From assembly GCA_964016885.1 (NCBI GenBank), contig OZ024740.1, positions 249,488,001 to 249,552,000 of the forward strand: 64,000 nucleotides of DNA, written 5' to 3'. Positions 26,438-37,030 of the stretch are shown in pieces (the stretch's first letter is position 1; each line of letters begins with the position of its first letter). The DNA comes from Eledone cirrhosa. Taxonomy: Eukaryota. Position numbers and translations under genes: made by a program. The notes under the pieces were generated by a model. It worked only from the letters and a program-made list of their open reading frames with translations, had not been told where the DNA came from and ran no database searches.

Positions 26438-28233
26438 CTTTGTTAAAAAAAAAAGATGTTAAGTTGTAGCAGACATTATAAAACATAATAAAAGCCATAT
26501 CATATATTTGTTAGTGACACAGTCACCTCTAATTAACGGCACCAGAGTATTTAGTTGATTATTGCTGACCTAGAAATTCAAAACAACAAAATAGATATAG
26601 GTTATGATGGTGTGGTGATCTTGCATTTCTTTATATCAAAAGGTAACTTAGATAAATAGAGATCAATAAAATATGCACAATTAACTAAAAACCTCTGAAA
26701 GTGGAACACTAACATAGCCACAGTTCAATAACAGCTTGTTCCAATTCTGTTTTTTATTCTTTTACTGACCATTGCAATGTAGCCATGTCTTAAGGATTTT
26801 GTCAATTATAGTTATTCGTGTATTTGACTTTTATTGACTTTGGAAGAAATAAAGGCAAAACTCAACATAACCAAATGCTATAAGGCACTACCAATAGAGA
26901 ATTAGCATAACTTTACTAAAAGAACACTGATATCAATACGATGGATTTCATATTGTTTGTCTACCAAATTCCACTCACAAGGCATTAGTCAACCTAAGGC
27001 TATACAGAGGTTCTCAAACTTTTTGTGCCATGTAATACCCTCAGAGTACACCACTCCCCAACCCTATTTCCAGAGACCTGTCTGCACACAAATTGTAAAT
27101 AATATATAATAAATAAAATCGTTAATTGATATATAATAAATAATATAATATATACTATGTATAAATAAATATTATATATACATTTTTTAAATTTTACTAT
27201 ATTTATATATAACATGTATCATTTGATATTTAAAACATCCAGTCCACAGAATAAAGTGGCTGTGTAGGCGTCACGACAAAAAGCACCCAGTACTTACTGT
27301 AAATGAGGTTGGCGTTAGGAAGTGCATCCAGCTGCAGAAACCAAGACATGATCACCTGATCTAGCATTGCCCACCACAACAAGACAACTTGTCTAAACCA
27401 CGCTAGTGGGGAAAAATGAACGCAAAATGGTAATGATATTATATAATCTCTACGAAAGGCAAATTTGACCAGAGTGAGATTTGAACTCAGAACGTAAAGG
27501 GCAGTAACTAAATACCTATTTTCTAATTCTGCCACTCCATCACCCTACTAACCATTAAAAATAATAATTTCTAACACTGAAACAAGACCATGAATCTGGT
27601 GGAAGAGAACAACATTATTGGATACGTATTTTAACATTAAAAACTCTTAACCATGTCGTCTGTGGTCCATGCCTGCCTAGCAAAAATTAAATCAAGGAAT
27701 ATTTGGAATAATCAGAATAGAATTGAGAGTGAGAAGAAAAAAAAAAAAGAGAAGAGATAATTGTATAAAGCTGTCCATCTTATGTCAAATTAGCAAGATA
27801 TAAAAATATTAACACATCAAGAGAGAGCTAAATAAAGTTAATACAAAAATAAATAATGTATCTTTAAGTTCTTAGGTAACCATCATCACCTTTTTTAATG
27901 TCCATTTTCCTTGCTAGCAAGTGTTGGACAATAATCAGAAATTCAACTCAGCCCTATACCTACCTGTGGCACATTCGCAGGATTCATTGCCTGAAGGTCA
28001 TTCACGAAAGTTTGTGTAGCCATTGGACATTCAGTCCTAAAGAATGGAAAGTAAATATAAATAATAAATTCACTGACTCATTAATTATATTTAAGCTTTC
28101 AAAAAGATTGATTGGTCAGAGCAAAGGAGAGAAACAAATATAAGACCAAACAAAACAATAAATCTTTTTTTTAATAGAAAGATCACATATAGATCAATAC
28201 AGAACATTAGCATTAAAGCCTCAGTCAGACCAC

Positions 28234-28277
<44 letters not shown>

Positions 28278-29327
28278 GAAAAACTTTTGTTCAATGCACT
28301 CAACTATTTTGTTTAGGTTTCAAGTGAACTTGATTTCAGTTTTTCTTGTGTTTTCTTTTTCTATATTCATTTTCCCTTCTCCATAATAGCTGATATTCAA
28401 GTCTCTCCATTGTTGGAACATTTGCTTTTATCATAAAGTCAGAAAGTTAAACATTATGCACATTGTCCAAAGATACAACATAATGTCCTGGATCAGGGGA
28501 AAATGTTTGTGTTTGTTTGATGAATGGGTATAGTTAATTTGATCAACACAAGTACTCAACTGGAAATTATTTCACTGTCCCCTGGAAGTATGAAAGGCAA
28601 ATTTGATCATGGCAAGATTTGAACTCAGAATCTAAAGGGCTGTAATTAAATACCCTAAAGTATATTCTTCGATGTTGTAATAATTCTGCCATTCCACCAC
28701 CCACTAAAAATAATAATTTCTAACACTTAAACAAGGCCATGAAGCTGGTGGAAGAGAACAGCATTATTGGATATCTATTTTAACACTAAAAACTCTTAAC
28801 CATGTATTCAGTGGTCCAGTCATTGTTAGGCCACATTTTTTAAAATGGGTTTTATTTTCTCCTTTCTTTTCAACTAATATTTTTGCTTAGTCAAATGATA
28901 ATTGTAGCAGATTGCCCATTGAGTTGTGCTCTGCATGTGTTGTTTTGATCAAGCAGACATTTTTTTACAATGGGTTAATCAATGCAGAATCTCATTTATC
29001 AGAATCTCATTGGTTTGGCTTTAACATGTAATCATATAGTTCAAAGATTCAAACAATAACTGTGATGACAGTATTTTAAGAATACAATTAGGTACTTTGG
29101 TGCATTAGATGCATACGTATCATATTGTGGGTAGATGATACACATATGTAAAATTCTTTCATGGATGTTAGTTGAGGAGAAACATTTTTTAGGGGTGTTC
29201 TAAAATATATTTTAACCAAATATTATTTTTGTTTTATTATTAATAAAACATAAAAATTGCAAATAATGTCCAAATTTTTCTGCGGACCACCAGTGGTCCG
29301 CAGACCACCGGTTGACGACCGCTGATT

Positions 29328-29935
29328 TAGAGTATAGTTTTTGTTTCATAAATCCACTATGTAATGACTTTTTTACCATTTCATCTGTTTTATAAAGTTT
29401 CAAATTTCTCAAATTTTTGTTTACTTTTGGCTGTTCATATGCTGGGAGCATTTTGCTTTTTTTAAAGCAGACAATAGTGCCATCTCCTGAATGTAACAGA
29501 TTTTTTATTTAATACACACATTGAATAAAATGCATACTGTGAAAAATTTGGAAATCACTTAAGGGTGAACAAATATTAAAGCTTTAGGTAGATTTTTTAC
29601 AACAAGCGAGAGAGGAGAGGCAGAGTGAGAGAAGGGAAAGAGAGAGTGAGCAAAATAAAACTAAACAAGATTGAAAGAGAAAGTATAATTATGTAAGTCA
29701 GAAAAAACAGTTGGTGCACATGTGTTTATGTATGCAATTATGTGTAGAGGTTATTTATGTATTAAAACATTCAAATAATAAAACTCCTGACGATATAGGA
29801 AATGTAGAAAAACAGCATTTCATTGTGAAATAATCACTCCAGATATTTTAGCACCTTATTTACATAGAATTTGATGCCGGTGAAAATAGTCAAAATACTG
29901 ACCCCAAATAATTTTTTAGTCACATATATACATGG
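29328..29935. repeat. Unclassified interspersed repeat, direct copy at ~43365-43850
   Basis: Shared tttagagtatagtttttgtttca ... aatcactccagatattttagcaccttatttacatagaatttga. Confidence 0.7.
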
Positions 29936-31006
29936 TAAATAATATATATTCTGCCCAACCCTCGCTAACATCATCATCATCATCATTTCACATCTATCTT
30001 TTCCATGTTTAGCCCCAATCAAAGATGTTCCATCTACGATCATCACATCTTTTTATATATCTATAGATATATTAAGCAATCTATCTTTCCTGTTTTTAAA
30101 ATAGTAGGATATAATCATGGGGATATCCCAAGCTGCAATAAATTGAATTGTTTTCATTCCTCATAGAGTCTATTTGAACCAATGATACATGGTAGTAAAC
30201 CCTTCTCTTTGATTACAGAGAGGAACCATCCCGTAAATGTATTGGCAGAATATTGTTAGCATTTTTGCATCAAATTAGTGTAACGCAAGTTCAATTTTTT
30301 TTATTGTGATGTACCTTCGCAATTCTCTTAGAAAAGCACCATGTACACCATAACAAAAAATATAATCACTAAACATTTCCATTAATCTGATAGATTTCTG
30401 AATTATTGAGATCTTTCAAGCCAGTTTGGAGTAGAAATCTATTACACACAATACCAGGCTTCTTTTTTACTGGAATAAAACCATTTGTTCAAAACATAAT
30501 AGAACATTTTGGGGGGGAAACATTGTCATTTAAATAATAACATAACCCTTATTTTATCCATCACAGTACAAATGTCCCCAGTGAAAGGCATAATAATTTT
30601 AATTATTTCTAATTATTTAACTTTTATGAATACATAATTTTAGTATGCTTATAAACATCAAACCCATTAGTAAATTTTTTGAAATAGAAAAATGAAGGCA
30701 ATATAATTAAGAGGCATATTACTAATTATATATTATACTATATATATATATAGTATAATATATATATACATATATATATATATAAATGGAATAGAATGAA
30801 ACAAAATTTCATTTCTCACTCTTAGTACGGCAGTTACTTAAATGTAAGTATGTATGTATACGGACATACAGTAGTATGTATATATATACATACATGTACA
30901 CATATATTATAATGCTCGGTTTGTTTGTAAACAATCAAACATCCCGAATTACGCCGTGCAGTGTTTAGACAACCACGTCACCTTTTTGTTCAACACTGAC
31001 ACAGGA

Positions 31007-31049
31007 ACGATGTACTAGTTTCAAGCTTATTAGCTATCGTCAGCATCGT
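31007..31049 (-). ncRNA. Minimal type I hammerhead ribozyme (identical inverted copy, sense to Rfx)
   Basis: Exact reverse complement of 31447-31489. Confidence 0.85.
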
Positions 31050-31446
31050 ATACCTTCCTGCCAGATGGTTGAACGTCTGAAAGTATATACTTTCCTTATG
31101 CATATTAACGGCTGAGCAGCCTAATTTGCATATCGAGTGAGTTTAGTCGGCCGGGTGCACCGAAAACGATAAATGGAATAGAATGAAAATAGAATGTATA
31201 TATATACATACTACTGTACGTCTGTATACATATATGTATGTACGTATACATACATACATACTTACATTTAACTAACTGCCGTACTAAGAGTGAGAAATAA
31301 AATTTTGTTTCATTCTATTCCATTTATCGTTTTCGGCGTGCCCGGCCGACTAAACTCACTCGATATGCAAATTAGGCTGCTCAGCCGTTAATATGCATAA
31401 GGAAAGTATATACATTCAGACGTTCAACCATCTGGCAGGAAGGTAT

Positions 31447-31489
31447 ACGATGCTGACGATAGCTAATAAGCTTGAAACTAGTACATCGT
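31447..31489 (+). ncRNA. Minimal type I hammerhead ribozyme
   Basis: ACGATG-CTGACGA-tAGCtaataaGCTt-GAAAC-TA-GTA-CATCGT: 6-bp stem I, intact core, palindromic stem III (ACTAGT), GUA cleavage triplet. Confidence 0.85.
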
Positions 31490-31696
31490 TCCTGTGTCAG
31501 TGTTGAACAAAAAGGTGACGTGGTTGTCTAAACACTGCACGGCGTAATTCGGGATGTTTGATTGTTTACAAACAAACCGAGCATTATAATAAATGTTCGG
31601 TAAACCGATACGTGCATATATATATGTGTACATGTATGTATATATATACATACTACGGTACGTCTGTATACATATATGTATGTACGTATACATACT

Positions 31697-31745
<49 letters not shown>

Positions 31746-32316
31746 ATAATAAATGTGAAGACTAAAATCTGAAAAGGGCTTGATAAGGATTATATATATA
31801 TATATCAAATGAAGCAACCAAGTAAAGGACCCGCGTTGTTCCCGTACCTTTCGCAGTTTATATGTCGTTCACTCTGGTGATAACATACACCCTGTAATGA
31901 AAAAACATGTTCTTTTCATGTATTCTCTCCCCCCTCTATCTATATACACACATATATATATACATATATATATATATTAAAAAAACCATAGAGCAAATAA
32001 TTATTATATGTAGCTTAGAGTTAAAGCAAAGAATTGCTGCTTTCACCCTTTTATGGGATCTTCTGAAACAGTTTCAGAAGATCCTGTAAAAGGGTAAAAG
32101 CAGCAATTCTTTGCTTTAACTTCAATCTGTATATATAATAAATAAATAAATATATATACACACACACACACATATATATACATACATATATGTATGCATG
32201 GGTTATATCAAATATTAAAAATAATATTTGATTCGTTTGTAAACAAATGACCCAATTAAAGCTGTGTCGTGCTGATGACAAATCATCATCCGTTTGTTCA
32301 ACAATGACATTGAGGA

Positions 32317-32359
32317 ACAATCGACATGTTTCTGGGTCATTACCTTTCATCGGGACTGT
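32317..32359 (-). ncRNA. Minimal type I hammerhead, variant core, in a related diverged element (~32225-32430)
   Basis: ACAGTC-CCGATGA-aaGGTaatgACCca-GAAAC-AT-GTC-GATTGT. Stem I has one G-U pair; stem III palindrome is ACATGT. Flank is homologous to 30915-31010. Confidence 0.7.
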
Positions 32360-32582
32360 ATACCTCTGCCAATCTGTTGCCAATCTTACATTTATGTATC
32401 AACTGTGCTAGGGCGAGAAATAAAATTCTAATTTTATTTTTATATATATAATTTTACATAATATATAAGCAAAAATCAAATGCTTCCAATGAAAATTGTA
32501 TCTCATTAAAGGTCCATAAAAAACAAGTAGAAAAAAATAAACCAAAAAGAAACAAAAAAACAGTGCAGTTGGTTCTCCTTAC

Positions 32583-32706
32583 CAAGCCAGGAAGAGAACT
32601 ACATCCCATGACCAAAACGCATGTATGTACTAAGCCAGGTAGTAGCTAGTACACGAGATCTGAAGGTGTTGGAAGACAGCAAAGCAACGACACGTTGAAG
32701 CAGGAG
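32583..32706 (-). CDS. Rfx: Probable Rfx exon carrying 5'UTR and start codon (ATG 32609-32607; MGCSSLPGL)
   Basis: Strong acceptor tcttcttttgtcctctctgctacag, donor TTG|GTAAGG. An in-frame TAG lies upstream of the ATG. Nine codons end at phase 0, matching exon 26437. No homology support. Confidence 0.5.
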
Positions 32707-33472
32707 CTGTAGCAGAGAGGACAAAAGAAGATAATTAAAGCACTCACTAAAGATACCAGAAATGTCAGATCAATGAAGTACTTACTATACAGAGCTGAAT
32801 AATGGAAGCATGCATTGTGCTGTAAGAGGAAAAATACTGACCAAAGGCCTTTAGAGGGTTGGTGAGAGAAAGAAGGCAGGAATGATGATGACAATAGCGA
32901 CAACACTAAACAACAATTACACTGTTTTCACAGCTATTTTTTTGTAAATCAGATCAATTAATATAGTTCAGTGTGGTCCAGAAACGCAGCAACTTATGAA
33001 GAATCAATTGTATGAGTCAAATGGAAAACGAGTTGATAAGTATTGAAAAGATATCTTAAAACATTATGAACAAGAGACATCAGAGCAGAGGACAAAATGC
33101 CTTGTAGTATTTGTTCCAGCTATTTGTGCTCTGAGTCCAAATTCCACTGAGGTCAACATTGCCTTTCATCTTTTTGGAGCCAATAAAACAAAACACTAGT
33201 CCAGATTGGTGGGATTATTAGTGGTCCGATGAATTGCCTTGCGGCATTTGTTTTAGCTCTTTGCATTTTGAATTTATATTCTGTTGTGGCTGGATTAACA
33301 ACACAGCCTGGTTTTGGGGTGCTTTTACCAGAGTCCACTCTGTTTCAAGCATTTGGACCTAGTCTCTGGTTTGAGAATATCTTCCTTCCCTTTTACACAT
33401 TTCAGAGGCCCTAAAAATGAAAAAAGTTCATGAACACTGCCCTTCCCTCTCCAACTGTATATAATATATATA

Positions 33473-33839
33473 CAGAGTGTGTAACCAAGACTGCACCAAC
33501 GTGTATAAATATATACATATATCTAATTTGTAGGCATGTAAACATGCCAGAAAATACAAATTTCCTTGTAAATTGAAAAAATAATAAACATCTGTAATTG
33601 ATTTTCCGATTTTATTGAACCCCCATCAGAAGATGTGTACACCATACAATCAACAACAAGGAAACATGTATTTGATGGGTATATTCTGATGGGGGTTCCA
33701 ATAAAATCTGAAAATCGATTAAAGATGTTTATTATTTTTCCAATTTACAGGGAAATTTGTATTTTCTGCCACGATTAAATGCCTACAAATTAGACGTGTA
33801 CATATTTATACATGTTGGTGCAGTCTTAGTTAAACACTG
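33473..33839. mobile_element. Tc1/mariner-type foldback MITE
   Basis: TA|CAG..GTAACCAAGACTGCACC ... GGTGCAGTCTTAGTTAAACACTG|TA with ~160-bp imperfect arms. Confidence 0.85.
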
Positions 33840-33894
33840 TATTTAGACAGATACAACCCATGCCAGCATGGAAAAATTATGATGGATATATATA

Positions 33895-35400
33895 TCATCA
33901 TCATCGTTTAATGTCTATCTTCCATGCTAGCGTGGGTTAGATGGGTTTGTCCCATTTAGAGGCAAGTTGGGTCGGGTGACCGTGCCTCACTCAAATAAGA
34001 CTGTTTCTAGCTGGTTTTCTATGTCTGGATGCCCTTCCTAGTATCAACCACATTTACAGTGTGTGCTGGGTGCTTTTTGCTGTCTTTTACATGACCACTT
34101 TACAGTGTGGGGTGGATGTTCATCATCATGAGTTGCCTGTTGTGGGCAATGCTAGGTCAGGTGACGTCTTGCTCATACAGGACTGATTCTGGCTTGGTTT
34201 CTACAGCTGGATGTCCTTCCCAATGTCAACCTCATTTACAGTGAGTACTGGGTGCTTTTTGTTGTGATGCCGACACGACCACGTTACAGTGTGGGCTGGG
34301 GGCTTCACTGGATGTATTTACTTTGGCCTGTCCTCATGGGGGTGTATGGGAAGGTGGTTTGAGGCATACTGTATATATGCTTCAGTTTGTGCCTGTGAGA
34401 AGTTGGGTCTTTTGTATTACTGCGTATTGCCAAAGATCTTGGTCCTGTCTCATTGCCTTTGAGAGGGGCAATTGGGCAAGGCCAGCTTTTATCACCTCAT
34501 CCTAAGTCTTCCTGGGCCTCCCCACTCCAAGGCTTCCATCGACTTTGAGTGCTCTGCATCTTTGTATGCAGTTGTCATCCTTCATACACATCACATGTCC
34601 ATACCAATGTAATCGCCTCTCCTGCACACAGCATTTGATTTTTCTTATGCCTAGTTTCTCTCAGTTCATTTATGCTTTGCGGTTCATGTATATTACTATT
34701 ACACATCCATTGGAGCATACAAGCTTCATTTCTTTCCAATCTAAGCAAGTCTTCTGCACACAGCACCCTGGTCTCACTACCATGCAGCATTGCAGTTTGT
34801 ATGCATGCATCATACAGTCTGCCTTTCACCCTGGGGGAAAAGCCTTTTGTAGCCAGCAGTGGTAGTAGCTCCCTGAACAGCCACCACTGCTGGTAATTTG
34901 GTCACCTAAGTAGCAGAAGCTGCCTACTGTTTCTACAGAATCCTCCCAGAATTTGGTAGCGCTTGCTGCTTACTGTTCCGATGCAACTGCTACATATGAA
35001 GCCTACATTCTTAGCTAAACTTCCTGAGATCCCACATCTCTTGTGTGCCCATAGTTTGTATATGGGGCAGAGGATGGAGTTTCTACCTACACCTTTCCTA
35101 CATACTGAACAAAGTCATTTCCCCGAGGGGATAAGAGTTCTGTTTTCTCTTCTACCTATTAGGAACTTAGTCTTTGTCAAGTTGACTTTAAGACCCCTTC
35201 TTTCTAGGTCCTGCTTCCTAGTTCTACCATAGATTCAGCTCTGAGTGTAAGATTATCCGGGAACAGAAGTTCCCATGGGCAGCTGATCTTAAACTCCATT
35301 ATACACTGCAAAACAATAATAAACAGGAGCAGGCTAAGAACAGAGCCCTCCTGGATGCCAACCTGTACACTAAATTCCTCGCTATAGTCATTGTTAATCC
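33895..35400 (-). mobile_element. RTE LINE 3' portion (a second tail-like start near 34121)
   Basis: (CAT)n tails, KGRLYDACIQTAMLHGSET, CPWELLFPDNL. Confidence 0.88.
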
Positions 35401-36139
35401 TATATATACATATACACACACACACACACATATATATGTATATATATATATACACACATACATACATATCACCAAAAACATGAACTATGTCCCTTATTAT
35501 TAATATATTCTCCACACTTTCAAATTACCAAGGATTTATTACTTTACACAAACAAATGACAACAGATGGACAAAATTATGTACAGAATGGAGACTAAGGG
35601 AGACAAGTTGAAGAAGTCGAGGAAGTTATATGATAAAATGGAGAGATGAGATCAATAAGTTAAAGGGTATAACATGAATGAGACCAATACTGAATAAGAA
35701 CAATTTGCAGTAGTTTTGGGAGACTTTCACCTTGTTGTGGACAGATAATAGCAGAGAATGATGATGATCAATGAGATGCTCTTCTTAACAGCTAATGTAA
35801 AATGGGAGCTATATTGCTATACATTTCAACTACATGACCTAAGTCTATTGGCCACATAAAAACAGATAAATACAATTAAATGGAAGAGGCTCTGTTGTTA
35901 ATACTTCTTTCTACACAAATCAGTGATCATTTTACATCAATGATTTATCCAAAAGTCATTGCTAGGAATTTTGTCCTGTTTCTACATCTATTATATTTTT
36001 CGGCTCTATTGATAAATATAATTTTTTCAGTGATTTTTGAGTCAGATTTCAAAAGTTAATGCATGGAACATTGAAAAGCTAACTAGAAATAAGTATTTGG
36101 TGAGAAAAAAATGATACTAGTCAATATCATTTTCATTTT

Positions 36140-37030
36140 TGTTGTGGGAACACCCTTTTGGGATTAAAAAAATGGACTTGTGTCAGAGTTCGGTTGGAGT
36201 CTCGCTTGAAAGTCACATTTTGAAGTTGGAAGTTACACCCGAGATATAATTGTTTGTATCCCCGCTTCGTAGAAAATATAACCAGTTCAAAGGGTTATAA
36301 AAGTGACGACGAGGTATTCGAGGTTTGCACTGGCCTGTGGATTATTTTTAATGAAGATTTCGCATTGTAAAGAGAAACAAGAGTTAAAGGTCGAACAGTA
36401 AAAATTCTGTCAACATGGTCATGTCAACAAAAAATCTAAGCGAGGTTCAGAAAAGAAAATTTGTGTTCGTGAAAATTAATAATGTGAATGTTAAGTTACA
36501 ATTGGATAGGGGTAGTGATATTACAATAATTAACGAGGAAACATGGAGAAAAATTGGGAAGCCCAGGTTAAAAGTAACTTAAAAAATGACATGTAGTGTC
36601 TCAGAAAAAAAGTTGCAATTTAAGGGCGAAATAACAAGTGATGTTTCGTTTTGTGGCAAAACCTTAAAAGTGAAAGTTTTTAAGCTCAATAACACAGCAA
36701 ATTTATTTGGAATAGACTGGATGGAATCATTTGATTTATGGAACCTCCCTATAACCTTATTTTGTCAAAAAGGGAATGTTTTTTTCCTCCAGCACAAATA
36801 AGGCATTGGAAAAATTAAAAAGAATTAAAAACAGGTTTTCTCGAAGTTTTTCTGAAAGTTAAGACTTTTCACCAAAACAAAGGTTAAGTTTCAAGTAAAG
36901 GAAGATGCTATACTGGTGTTAAAACCAAAAAGGAGTGTACCTTTCACGGCGTTGGAACAAGTTAATGAAGAATTGGATAGACTTGAAAAGCAAGGGGTTA
37001 TTGAAAAAAATTGATTATAACTGAATTGGG
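36140..37030 (+). mobile_element. Gypsy-type LTR retrotransposon remnant: 5' LTR (36140-36415), protease, start of RT
   Basis: TGTTG...CAACA followed by TGG (PBS start). VKLQLDRGSDITIINEETWRKIGKP, NLFGIDWM, RSVPFTALEQVNEELDRLEKQGVIEK. gag is deleted. Confidence 0.8.

Larger units (their letters stand above)
30783..31700. mobile_element. Inverted pair of a circularly permuted ~0.4-kb hammerhead-containing unit (Penelope pseudo-LTR or retrozyme-like) inside (TA)n
   Basis: 30906-31188 is the near-perfect reverse complement of ~31308-31590. Each arm is terminally redundant. (TA)n flanks both sides. Confidence 0.85.

Noticed and set aside
26280-26498. Ser/Thr-rich mucin-like ORF
   Set aside because: This is an alternative frame of the CAA/CAG-rich Rfx exon; splice phases support the Gln-rich frame.
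27868-27880. X-box-like GTTCTTAGGTAAC (also GTTCTTGGTAAC at 52168 and GTTTTGATGGCAAC near 62534) suggesting Rfx autoregulation
   Set aside because: Imperfect matches are expected by chance in 64 kb, and there is no promoter context or conservation evidence.
31870-31915. CTGGTGA..GAAA hammerhead-like spacing
   Set aside because: Stems I and III cannot be formed convincingly.
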